From: Antedon mediterranea
Lineage: Eukaryota > Animalia > Echinodermata
Direction: 5' to 3'
DNA: 64,000 bases
NCBI RefSeq assembly: GCF_964355755.1
Contig: NC_092676.1
Span: forward strand, 20,416,871-20,480,870
The notes beneath the pieces were generated by a model. The model saw only the letters and a program-made list of their open reading frames with translations, did not search any database and was not told the origin of the DNA. Below, piece by piece: positions 1-13,400 of the stretch; positions within the stretch are counted from its first letter, which is position 1; every line of letters starts with the position of its first letter. The position numbers and the translations under genes were made by a program.

Positions 1-1849
1 TATGATGGTATGCCTATTATTTATATATCAGAAGTAAAGGATAAATAATAACACATACTTTGTTTAAGCGGCGTACAATCTTAATTAATTATATTATTAG
101 AATACAATAAATTTACAAAACAAATAAGAAATAAAGCTTTAGGTATTGTTAATTAAGAAGTCCTATTTATGCATGGATGGTCACTGTGGCATAATATTAA
201 TAATATATTATCCGATTTAAGTTTATTCACAACAGTAGATTATTGAGTAAATAAGTTAGAGTATTGGTACTAATTTGGAATACAATAGAACCCTTTCTTC
301 AGGAAACCTCTATTTAGGGGACACCTAACATTATATTGGGTCCTGAAGGTGTACATTTAATAGGGGTTTTACTGTATATATATATAGATATGTGCTGTAA
401 AAAAAGTTAATAATGAATTTGTGCCTGTCTTGCATGTGGTTCTACCTGACTGGTAGTAAATAAATAAATATGAGACAACTTATTGTATTATTTATTAAGT
501 CCACAAGATCTTTTTTTACATATTTATCAAGTGAGTACTGTATTATATTCTCTGGTTTTAATTTTGTATTATGATAAAGATATCAGTGCTAGTGAAGCGA
601 GTTCCTGTAAATTTAAAAATTGTTTGTAAATTTTTGTTTATGTCGATACTCAACATTAAAAATTTGGTTGGTTAAATACTAGTGATATACACTAGTAAAA
701 TGTGGCCACGCCCTTGTTTGCAATGTGTGTGGTTACCAGTACACTATGGCCATACCCTCATTTGCATTTTGTGTGGTCCCCAGTACAGTCAAATTATGAT
801 TCCAGATTTTTAAGAAATTGGAATTTTGTGTTTTCAAAAAGTAGCAGAGTAACATATGTATGAGTATTGTATAATAGATTATGTATAACAATTTTTGTTA
901 AGAGGTTGTGATGTTAAAATATAATATTACATAGTTTGGTAAACATACTCGACACTTTGACCAAATGTCTGGAAAAAAATCACTGTTAATTCTAATTTAG
1001 ATGTAGAAATTGTGACAAACATTTCATACAGTAAAATATTATCAATATTTGTATACTAGATATTAACAATGTTATGTTTGTTCTATCAAGAGAATTATAA
1101 ACAATGTAGAAAAGTTTGTGATTGTCCAGATCAAGATTTGTTAGTTTTATACTATACTGTATATATGTATAGTAGAGAAACTGATGGCCAGGATTGCAAC
1201 ATTATATAATGACATTGCAGCAAGCATTGCATATTTTGGGCTAGTGACTACTTTGAACAGTTAAACAACTTACATTGCAGATTTTGGACTACTACATTTT
1301 ACAACAATTTGCATTCAATATTTTTCTGGGCTATTTCTGTGTAGAGCATTTTTGTGGGCGTTGGATACTCTATGTTAAGCCATCAACCATTCAACATATT
1401 GTATATTTTTCGGCTAATGCCCTGATGAACCACATGAGTAAAAACATTGAACATGGCACATATTTGGGCTACTGCTGTGTAGAGTATGGAAAATTACATC
1501 ATTGCTGAATTCTTTTGGGGGCTATCATTTTTTGGGCACTTTAGAGCACTTTTGGGATTTGCATCAAGGTGTAAGTTTACAAACTTTTGAAGATGAAATA
1601 AAAAAAAAAACATGATTAAGTTGTATTGTATTTTGTGTTTTATATGCTATCTGTTGTGGTCATTGAACTGAATAAAAATTGCAAATTGCAATGGATAATA
1701 TAAAGCGTTTTATAAATACAGTATTTGTATAAATAAACAAATAATAAATAAAGCGCGACCTCAATTTTATACTGATTTTTGGTCATGTCACTGAACTTTC
1801 TAAGTTTTTATGATGACAAAAATAATGGAGAAAGAGGGCGATAGCGCCA

Positions 1850-1996
1850 CACCCACCAATCAGATGATAGAATGCGGAGGCCGAAAAAAGAGATAGCGAT
1901 AGCCATATTGTGTGAAACCGCAGGGTCTGATTTCCGCTATAATAGTGGCTTACTGTCATCATTATAAACGTGTTGGACGGCAACGAAAAGGTATAA
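1850..1996 (+). promoter_or_regulatory. Putative PACSIN promoter and non-coding first exon
   Basis: Locally CpG-rich island, CCAAT at ~1856, donor-like aaag|GTATAA at 1991. The ATG exon has an acceptor at 7434, so an upstream UTR exon is needed. Confidence 0.4.
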
Positions 1997-4574
1997 TCTA
2001 TGTTCTTATTCTGAATTATTTAGGTATGGTTTTAATGTTGATGTCGGTTAGTGAGAAGTGTGATGTTAGGCTTTACCAAAAGGACAGGCTTGAACGTCGA
2101 CGATGATGTAGGCCTCTCTCTGCTGGCTAGGCCTAGCTTACAGTAAACACCGCAGTAAGCCAGCATCATATAGGCCTAGGCCTGTGGTCGTGGAGGTCTT
2201 TCTTGGTCACACATCACTGTGTTTGTGTTGGTTGGTATAGGCCTAGCGAAGGTTATTTGGCGCCTTATACTATATTCCAACATTTGAAGTTGTGATAATT
2301 TTCATGACTAGCCGAGGCCCGTTTTTTTGTAGTGCCTTTAAAAAAAAATTGTTTACACTTTATAATTACAGTTTTTTAAAGTTTGTTGCAGTGGCTAATT
2401 TTTATTTTGAGGTGGTAGCCTAGCTAGGCCCTAGTTCTAAATTTGTTGCTGAATAAATTTAATTGTGTAGTGTAGTTTTGAACTGTTTGTGGAGCACTTT
2501 AAGTGTATGTTTTGTTCTTTAATTGTGCAATTTATTTTTAATTTTCAGAATTTTGTTTTTATTTTTACGCTTCCTTCTTTCATTTTGCAATTACTTTTTT
2601 GTGTGTTTCCATGACAGTTACAAGCCACCAGGATCTGGGGAGTGGGGTACTAAGCATATTATTTAAATTTTGGTTGGCGGGATTAAAATGTTTAATAATT
2701 ACTTTTTTACAGGAGTTTACATTTAAGTTTACATAAACTCCAGGAGGCGGGTGGTTTGTGACTGATATATTTCCATACGGAGAGGTCACTGTGTTGCATT
2801 TAGGGGGGAATATTTTTATGGTACTGGTAGCGCAAGCGTGGGAAATGAAAGGGTGAAGTTAGTAGTTTAAGTCCCTGGCCCGTCCAGTGTCAAAATGTCA
2901 CGATTTATCGCAAAATTTTAGCAGGGATTTTAGCTATACTAAATGCTAAGCCTGTTGTAAAGGAATCCTACCTTTGAATCAATTAAAACTAGCCGCTTAT
3001 GTTATCGCAAACCCCGTCACGAACAGTTCCCCTTTTGCCAGGGACTAGTAGAAATATTGGGCTCATCTGGCCTGGCCTTTTTCCTGTCATCTTGGTACAG
3101 TAGTTCAAGTCCATAGTATTTTTCAGTAAAACAGGTAGCGCAAGTGCCTCATGTCTCGAAGTGGCTGCTGCAACCCCCATTGTCAGGGCTCGATATTTAT
3201 AGTGGTCTAGCTAGTAAAATTTCAAAAATCGAGCCCTGATTGTATACTCGTCTGTTACAGTGCATCCTCGGTTTAGAATTTAATCTTATTTTAGTGACCT
3301 ATGACCACATACTGTTTTATAGTATTCATTTTTTGTTCTTGCTATTCATTATTTGTATACAATGCCTGTAGTAAATAAATAAAACAAACAAACAAACTAC
3401 TGTATATGATATGTGAATGGAGGAATTGGATTATAATTTAATGCAAATATATTTATAGCAAATTCAATTTGGATTACAGTAGGAAAAGCCTTGTGTTGTG
3501 AAAGAATTTCAGTGACTCCTTGAGATCCAAGATTAAAAAAGTGTTTCATCCCAATATTAGCATAAAAATGGTAACAACAAACAAACATACTACATAATGT
3601 AACTATTTTCTACAGGTACATGTTTCTGAACAATGTGAATGAACTGAATCTGAACTAACATCTTTTTTATAGTGTTTAGGTATTTAATCTGTATGTTGAG
3701 TGGACTGATAGGACAAGAATTGGATAATAGAAATCGCATAGAAAAAGCACTCACAATACAATATCTCTCTTTATTTGTTCTGGGTCAGTTGTTATCAGGT
3801 ATTTGGCTGGTTTTTTGTTGACTATGATTACGAAGTATTATGTAGATCCCAAGTTCTGTAACTTAGTAATTTAAATACTGATCATTGAAAAAAAGAATCT
3901 GAAAAAAAAGTGTTTTTTTTTTTTTTATTTCTATATTGATAAACGAAACATTTATATTATTATTATAATTAAAAATTCAAATTAAAAATTTTTTTTTAAT
4001 CTTGTACAAATGTCTTCAGCTGGAATTTGTATGTTGCTATACTATAGAATAACCGGTTTCTCAATTGATTAGTAAAATATGTTATAGTGGCGTTCACATC
4101 AAACTATAGCTAGTTTTAATTTAACGGGATTATCCATATGATCTCACCATAATTTGGATATGATGGTTTTTTCCTGGACATTTGAATTGTGTGATAATTA
4201 ATGTGTAGCTCATTTCCAAAGATATTAATCGTAGATGTACCCTTCTGTAAACAGCTTTTTTATGACCTTATACAGTAGAGTGTATACAACACAACATCTG
4301 ATGATATCTTCCTGTCTAAAAATGTTGTAGGTGTGAAAAGGAAGCATAGAAAAACAATTGTAAAAGTTTTCACATGCACTGCATTAGAGATTTTTTTTTG
4401 CGATGAAGTTTAAGGTCATGTCAATTCGTAGTGCGCATGTGCTGCGAGAAAGTTATTTTTCCTTACTCTATAATACGCGACACAGTTTTGGTGGTTTCTG
4501 GGTCCACGCCTGGGTGACGACCAACAAAAAAATTAATGCGTAGGTCCTTAGGTCGTTTCAATTAGGAAGCTCCC

Positions 4575-4724
4575 TAAAGTTCTGTCTACACTATCAAACT
4601 TTATGTGATATGCCCATATATGGACATGATGTCATATCACTACTATATTTGGGCATATCACTGTCATATTTGGGCATATCACACTTTTTTTGTCAAACTA
4701 GTTTGATAGTGTAGAGAGAGCTTA
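4575..4724. mobile_element. MITE family A (TIR AAGCTCTGTCTACACTATCAAA), copy 1
   Basis: ~24-bp TIRs and shared internal GCCCATATATGGACATGATG; related copies at 9680, 24272, 26104, 26750, 28954, 41279 and 51277. Confidence 0.85.
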
Positions 4725-5879
4725 GCACTGCTTGATTGATTGTGCATTTTATATTTTAATTTAATAGAGTTATGGCATTGCGTTGTACTTTGGACCAATA
4801 GTAATGATTTTATGATTACAGTGTAGTAATTAGTATGGAACCAACCCAGAAAGTAAACAATTCTTTGGATACAGTATACAAGTGGCTAAATTATTTAAAA
4901 TGTAAAAACTAATTTAACAATCTTGCTAATTAGGAATCTTTAATGAAGGTGTAGTAAATTAGAACCCTACTGTTAGTGTTAATCAATTTCACGACCTAAC
5001 AACAAATGTGCCACAAGAGAGTGTCCCCTAAATAGGTGTGTCCGTCATATAGCGTTAATTACATTCATTTCCTGTCATAAGTAAGTGTTTCCTTAATATT
5101 AATATAGGGGTGTCCACTGAATAGGCTGCAATACTGTAGGAGGGGTTAAATAAGTTGTAAATGGCTAAATTGGGCGTGTTTATCTGAACAGAGTTACAGA
5201 AAGCTACCAATAACTCTAATTTAATGATAAACACAGTACATACCTGAATTATGAACATCCTAAAGTTATTTATAATAAAGTATCATATTGAACACTCTAC
5301 ATACTGAATAAAATGGTACTTGAAAATGTACGATAATATTTGCTACTGTAATTCAAAGCTTCCTAGTGACATTTTATGCAAGTGTACAGTAGATAACGCA
5401 GGATTATAGAGTATTAAAAAGCAGGTCTGGAAGCTTTAGAGTGTGACCTGATGGCTTTAACGCATGGCTACAGTGCTGGTATTGAACAGCTCAATCTAGT
5501 GAATGTTTCTGAAATGCTCATGGTGAGCATGCAGTGGCTCCATGGTCGGCCTAGCCAGCCTGCGCTCCCCCTAATTAAACATTAGAACATTATTAAGCCA
5601 AGCTCAGCAATTCATTTCACAATATTTAAACCCCTACCAGCTCACCTCCCTCCTCCCATTTTCAATCCTGGATCCTCCAATGGCATGCATTCTATGTTGT
5701 TACAGTAATGTATTTTAATGTTAGCAAGGATTACAGTACAATGTATTAGTAATACTGTAGTAGTATCATCAGGAAAAGGAGAAAACTGGTCAACAACACT
5801 TAGTTATTTTATACAGTGGTACTTTGTAAGTACAGTAGATACAATTCCTACCTTATTTTCCGCTTACCATTACCACTCT

Positions 5880-7317
5880 TCTATATATAAATTTACGTAA
5901 GGGCAAAATTCGGTAAATCGCGCGTTTTTTCTAGAATGTTTACTCGATGGTATATAAAGTTGGTTAGAATCTCGGTACTGATTTTAACCACCTGATGTAA
6001 CCCTGTTTACTAATTAAATTGAGTTAGATAATTAGTTATTGACAATTAAAACGAATTTAGGTTCAACGATTTGCCCCAAATAGGGGTGTTTTTCGATCGT
6101 GGTATACACTGTCTAATGGATGTCCGTCTTGAAAAATACCCACAGACAATAATACGAGGATGCTTCGCATTTTCCTATCTCCTCCTACGATAATTGTTTT
6201 TAATGGCTGAAAACCGGTTGATCAGCTCGAGTACAGCATCATAATGTTGAAGACAGGCCGCTTTTCTTAAAAAAATACTATTTTGATAGATTTAATATAC
6301 GTTTATACAAATGTATTGATTTGCGATGAATGGAACATTCCAATCTCTGTTCCACAAGTGTCTATTCCCTCAGGCGTCGTAAAGGCAAGTACTGTATACT
6401 CATAACAGAAATTCGATCCATTTTTTTTCAATGTGCTGCAGAGGTTGGATATAATTTTTTTTTAACGGATAATGAGCTAGCGTTTTCAGTCGCCGTATAT
6501 TATGTACAAATCTTTATTATTGCATTTAAACCACCCACATCATCACCCTTCCCTCACTGGCATGAGTAGCGTTGTAAAGCCAGTAGAGGATAGGCCTACG
6601 GTGCATCAAATCCCCTAAACGCAGAACAACTTTGGTGGGTAGGGTAGGAACCAACTTAAGTATGAATTGGCTCTAAGAAACAATTGAAAACCATTAGGCC
6701 TACTAATAAAGTTGAGTTAGATAATTTAATTTTTATTGACGAGTAAATCGATTTTATGATTTTCCCCGAATAGAGGTGGTTTTCACAAATTGTTTTACAT
6801 TATATAAACATACACGTCGTAGTGATGTATCGTTACATGTACTGTACTATTTCAATCGACTAGGACGGTGATAGTTTCAACAAAGTGTTACATAGCAATG
6901 TTTTACTGTGTTTACTGATATATTATTTGTAAAACATGAAAACAATTAATATTTCGTTACTAAATGGATAAAGAATATATTTAATATATTTAAAAATGTT
7001 TCTCTTTGCACCCACCCTCTTCCCCATCCCTCACCCCTAATGTTACATACAAAACACAAATTAAGTTTGTTTAAATTTGACTTAAACAATATTGGTCTCA
7101 TTTTGTGACAAGTTTCTCTTTCGGAAGTAATTCTCAGGGTGCTAATTTTAGTTGAGTACATAAATCAGTGTCTATTTATTCGTTCCTGTAAACGACATGT
7201 ATTATTGTACGTACATTTGAAATCGCCAGTTTTTTAACGCTGAAATTATTATGTATTCGAGAACCATCTGTGGGCACGACCTAGATGGTACGCGAGCGAA
7301 GCGAGCGTACCATCTAG
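5880..7317 (+). mobile_element. Non-autonomous Helitron-like element (~1.44 kb)
   Basis: 5' TCTATATATAA start; 3' hairpin ctagatggtacgc-gagcgaagcga-gcgtaccatCTAG followed by T; interior more CpG-rich than flanks; no ORF. Confidence 0.65.
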
Positions 7318-7445
7318 TCTGTGTAAATTGGCCTTATAATACTAAGTTATTACTGTGGTGTTTCTTTTTTCAAGAAAGTTTATATGAATTGTAATTTTAA
7401 CCCAAATTTCTATTTTTTTTTCCTATTTTTATAGTCTAGTAAAAA

Positions 7446-10400
7446 ATGTCAGAACAAGGGTACGAGGACCAAATAATTGAGGATGGAAAGAGTTTTTGGG
7501 AACTGGGACAATACAAGCGAACGGTAAAAAGGATAGATGATGGACACAGACTTTGTAATGATCTAGTTATGATGCTGAATGAGAGGAGTGAACTGGAAAA
7601 GAAATATGCAAAGAGTTTACGTAACTGGTCCAAAAAATGGAGTGATCTTATTGAAAAAGGTTGGTAAATCTGAGTTGATTAGGAGGTGTACAGTATGAAA
7701 AATGTATTTTTTCTGTTTCCTTTACTGTGGTGTTTCTTTTTTTTCCATGAAAATTATAAAATGAATTTTGACCTAGGTTTTTTACAGCAGATTCATGTTA
7801 AGAAGGCACCTTTTGTACTATACAAATTTCCCCTGTAATAATAAAAATAGGGATGGTAGTATTAAAACATATATTTCCCTTTATTTTACAAGAAAGTTTG
7901 CCCCTTAATAGAGATGTCCTAAAGGATGGTTCTACAGTACTCTATGCAAATTGGCATGTTTTCCAACTTGTTTTCCGTTTTAGAAATCTGAACCCCATTC
8001 TAAAATGTTGGCGTCATTTTCATGTAAAACTACACTTGTCAATTATTATTATTATTATAGACCTACCCACTACATTTTGAGACTATACAGTGTAAGGCTT
8101 AAGTCTTCCAATCATGCCTCAATTTCCTAGGCCTTTCGTTATTGATTGAAACTTTGAACTTTGAGTTTCATATAGTGTTGCAACTAATTATTTATTATTA
8201 TTTAACCTTATTAGTTATTTATGAATTTATAAACAGTTTAAAAATAAACGACATACGTATTACAAGTGTAAAAAACCTTTCAAGTATACACAAGGCAGCC
8301 AAACTATACTTTATCTTGAAAAAAAAATGTTTTTCCAGGTCCGGAATATGGTACAACAAAGTCTGCGTGGAAGGCGGTTCTTACGGAATCAGATCGTAAG
8401 TGTGATCTACATCTAGAGATAGGAAGTAAGCTAATACAGGATGTACAACAAAGCATCAAGGCATGGCAGAAGGAGAACTACCATAAAAAGATGATGAATG
8501 GATTTAAGGAAACCATTGAAGCTGATGAAGCTTTTAGAAAAGTAAGTAGTGGCACAATAGCTGGGTGGTCTTGCTTACCAATATGAGGGTGGTGGGTTCA
8601 AATCATGGCTGTGAAATGCCCTGTAATTAGTTGTATTTTATTGTAAACCATTGAAGCTTATGAAGCTTTTAGAAAAGTAAGTACTGGCACAGTAGCTGGG
8701 TTTGTCTTACTTACCAATATGAGGGTGGTGGGTCAAAATACAGTATTGCTATTAGGACTAACTATTCTTAAGCCACTTAATATTAACACTTAAGGTCAAA
8801 TGCCCTGTAATCAATTTGTCAATGTGCATGGGTTGCAGTGTGTTGGACATTGGATTACTGATTGTGAGATCGGGGTTCGATCCAAAAAAATGACCAGGGT
8901 AATAATGTGGACAGTGCATTGGGAGCTTGCTTATGCGCTATATAAGAATGAACTATTATTATTATTGTATTTTATTGTTTTTTCACACACTCTTTAACAA
9001 AATATTTCATATATTTGATGATCATATGATGTTGTAGCTGAATGTGACCTAATATTAATAACAAGACTAGAAAGAAATTATGGTTTAGTTTCATTTCATG
9101 GAACTTATTAAGTATGCACAGTGTTACAGTACAATAGATTCCTTTCACACAGCATCAATCATTAAGAGGACACTATGAATATACTGTATGTGAAACCTAT
9201 ACACTGTGGCCAAAGTTAATCCCTATTCAAATGACACATCTTTTAAGGAGTTGATTTCCGAAGTTTTGTCCCCGTAATAGGGGCTCGACTGTATTGGATC
9301 TTCATTGATTATGCAGGCCTTTAATAATGATGAAGCCTTCATTAGATCTGAACTTCTGTAGCTATTCTTATTATTATTTCTATTCTATTATTGTATTTCT
9401 TTGTCTGCATTTAATTAAATATTATTACACATACAGTTACATTACATTTTAATTTAATTTCACGTTGGCAGATACTGTATATTGTAATTTAACTTTTACA
9501 TTACATATAGATCAATAACAAGCTCTAAATCCTTCACATTAACCATTTCTTAATTTGATTACTTTACAAGCTGAATGTAATGTTGGGCAATATGGACATA
9601 ATCTTGCTTGAGGTCAACTAACAGTAAATTATTTCAAAAAGATTTGGAGAATAAACCTAAAGGAAATGCCTTAATATGCTAAGCTCTGTCTACACTATCA
9701 AACTTTATCTGATGTGATATGCCCATATATGGACATGATGGTATCTTATCACCATATTTGGGTGTGTAACTACCATATTTGGGTACATCACACTTTTTTT
9801 GTCAAAATAATTTGATAGGACTGTAGACATAGCTTTATACAGAATAGTGTGCGAAAAAGATGTTATTAAACTAGAAACTTAACGCATCACCATGTATTAA
9901 TTTAAGTATAATTCTATAAGAAAGGAAACCTACAGAATGATAGTGAAGACCACGTTTGTACGTGCAATTTTAAGAGAAAGCATCTAATGTAGCTTAGGAC
10001 TTAACTAAACAAAGACCAAAACAAAAACATAGCTACATAACAATCGATGCACCAGCAAATGGAAATAATTTAAAATTTTAAAATATCTTTCTAAAGTATT
10101 ACAGTATGAGATTGGTTACATTGTACATACCATAATAATATCCTAAATTTAGAAAACAATATTAAAAAGCATTAGATCTTTAATTTGTCATGAATAGGTC
10201 TAAAGTTTTCGCTAAGCTGTTTGTTTATCCTTGCTTTAAGCCTGTTCATTCTGAATAGCTGCTTCGTCAAGATGAAGAGTAGAATTGAAAGAGCTTTAAA
10301 ACGCTTTGAGTTCACTGTCATGTACGGTAGTGTGATCCCCTTACACATCAACAACCGCAGTCGCAATTTATAATACCTAAAGTGCTTAAATTATTACTTG

Positions 10401-13400
10401 TTAATATCTGTGCTTAAAGATTTATATCATATAGCGCATATTTTGGAAATAGTTGATAGAAATAATAACGCAGCTAGAATTGAGTAGATATTAGAGCGTT
10501 TCATGTTATCCACTTTCCACTGTCATTTATGTAGATTATGTGTGTTACTGTACATCCGATTATAAAGTATGAATTCTCTATAAATGATAAATAAAAAAAA
10601 ATAACAGTATGTTTAAGATGTTGTGTAAACAAACAAAAAAGGGTGGGGGGGGGGGGGAGATTGATTATCAAAAAGGGATTACTAAAGGATGCTCTTTGGA
10701 AACTGTACTTGTAGTATTTGAAATATGACTACCTTTGTATATAATTGTATAATCTTTTATATTTATATAATATTATAGATTTATCATATATTTAATTTAA
10801 TAACTATATAAAACTAACATGTTAAATTACATGGTGCGTTAACACAGATAATGGAACAGGCAAAACGTTCAAACTTAGTTTTTATTTTTACTGTAATTCC
10901 ACTCTTCCTTTTTTCAGGCACAAAAGCCTTGGGCAAAGCTTTACAATAGAGTACAACAAACTAAGAAAGCATACCATGTTGCTTGTAAACAAGAACACTC
11001 TGCAGCAAACCTAGAGAAAAATGCGGCCGAGGATACCAACATGTCACCTGACCAGGTTTGTGACAATTACAATTGTACTACTGTACTCATTTTGGACATC
11101 TCAATTCAGGGAACACTTTATGGTGAAACAAACGGAGGCAGTGACATAATGCAGAGGCCCCTAGTTTAGGAACCCTAAGTGACCCTCCAACGCTGGAGCC
11201 CTCTGGCATTTTTAGCCCTATTCGACTTTAATGTTTTTTCCTCTGGGCACTGTTCAGGCCCCCCCCCCCCCCATAAGTTGCTAGGCCCCTGGGTTTAGCC
11301 AGTGAGCGTTAATAGGCGTTACGCCACTGACAAGGGATCACCACTATTAAATCTGTGTGGGTCCTGAAGTTTAACCGTATATTTCATAAATGAAATTATT
11401 ATTTTTGTTTGTTTTTCTATGGAAGTGAATAACTTTATTGAAACTCAAAAATGGAAACAAGGGGACATATTAACACTATAGCGAACACCCTGTTAAAGCT
11501 GTTTGGGTCCTGAAGTAAAACTGTATATTTTATAAATGAAATCATTACTTTTCTTTGTTTTTCTATGGAAGTGAATACATTACAGTATACGTTGTAACTT
11601 CATTGAAACTCCAAATCAGCCTATCAAAGGCTGATTTTATTCATCTTAATTTTTTTTTTCTTCAGTTTTTGGTGGACAAACACTGTACCTCTTATAAATG
11701 TTGTTTGTAATGAAGCTAACTTTTAACTTTATGAAATTAATATTTTATGTTAAATAAAATGTTAATATCTTGTGGCGTTAGATTTTATGGCATTTTCCCA
11801 ATATAAATAAATAAATTATTATTAGTTTACTACTGTACGTAAGCATTTACATTGAAAAATAACAGTGCACACATATTTATGAGTATATCCATTATTAAAC
11901 ACATTAAAGACTACCTACGTAACAATATTAATTCCTATGTTTGACAGAGGCATAGATAAATTGACTTTTTTCACTAAATGGATACCTGACATCAAGTGAC
12001 GTTTGTCTTTCCGCTAAGCCACTTCAAGTCATTCGTAATTTAGGACTTAGCATCAAAGATTAATATTTTAGATGTTAAAACCCACTCAACATAGTATCGT
12101 ACACCTAAGTAGGTTTAGATAAGAATTTAGTAAAGCCTCAACCGACAAAAAATTATTTTGAAAAGATACAGAAAGTAGAGAAATCCTATGCACATGTTTT
12201 TATAATATATTTCTGTTTGTTTGTCTGGATCGAACCATGAATTAAAGAATAGAAGGATATGCATCGACGTGAGATCAAGGGTTCCTTGACTCTCGCCGAC
12301 AGACCGCGGACCGCCCACAATGTTATCAGTTTAATTAACCGCATGGTAACAACGAAACGGTCGCGTGCCTAATATATTGTTTACTGCACATGTGCAACAA
12401 TATTTAACCTTGTTGGCTACGCTTCTTTCGCGCGTTCTTTGGTGGCATGATGTTTTAGCGCTAGCAACAATGGCGACGAACAATTTATACGATGACAAAT
12501 TTAGTTATAATCTTTCTGATGAGGAATTGTAGATGCTATAATTGTAATTAGTATAGGTTTCTGCCGCGATTGATCTACGCTAATGTTTTTACAATAACTA
12601 TTTGTTGTCTCAGCCTACATGTAAAATTACAAAATCAGCAAGGATACTAGGCCTTCTAGGCTTACTAGTAAACCATATGATTTGCCGACATTGATACTGC
12701 CTAGGTAGGCCTAGGCTAATCTTAAGTGTAGTAGAGACAACGTGTAATCATGATCTATATACTCACCGTTGTCTTACTTCTTGTGTGAATAATAATAGGT
12801 ACTTCGTTTGTTCGTGATTAAGTTTGCCCTGCGTGTACTTTTCAAAACGACCACTAGGTAACGAATCGCAACTATACATAGCCAGCCAATCTCGGATCAG
12901 GGATCGCTGTTTTCATTCAATTAGACCCGGTGATTGGATGTGATGTGGATGACATAACCACTAGCCAATCACCAGGCACTACAATTTAAATATAATATCA
13001 CATCGATAATTAAGGAGATTTATGAAGAAACCACTGCTTAGCCATATATTAAAAACACGATTGTTGTATGGGTGAACACCGGCCACGCTAACAACATACA
13101 TGGTCAAATGCATAATTTAATATTCTATAGATTACCGCAATTTTTAAAGACAGAAGATGGCAGGCAAATAATGATAATTCAAATATAAAAATTGCATATT
13201 TTATTAATATTACCAACTACTTAAAATTACCAGTCGTAAGAAAGTGAACTTTTCGTAGTCCGATTGTGATGAAACTAAAACAGAATTATTCAGCAATATA
13301 TTTTTGTTGTCAATTAAACATCGACGCAGACATGTCAATAGAACATTCAGACCGCGCATACGATTTCTACATGGTTACGTTTTGGTCTCAAAAAATGTAA

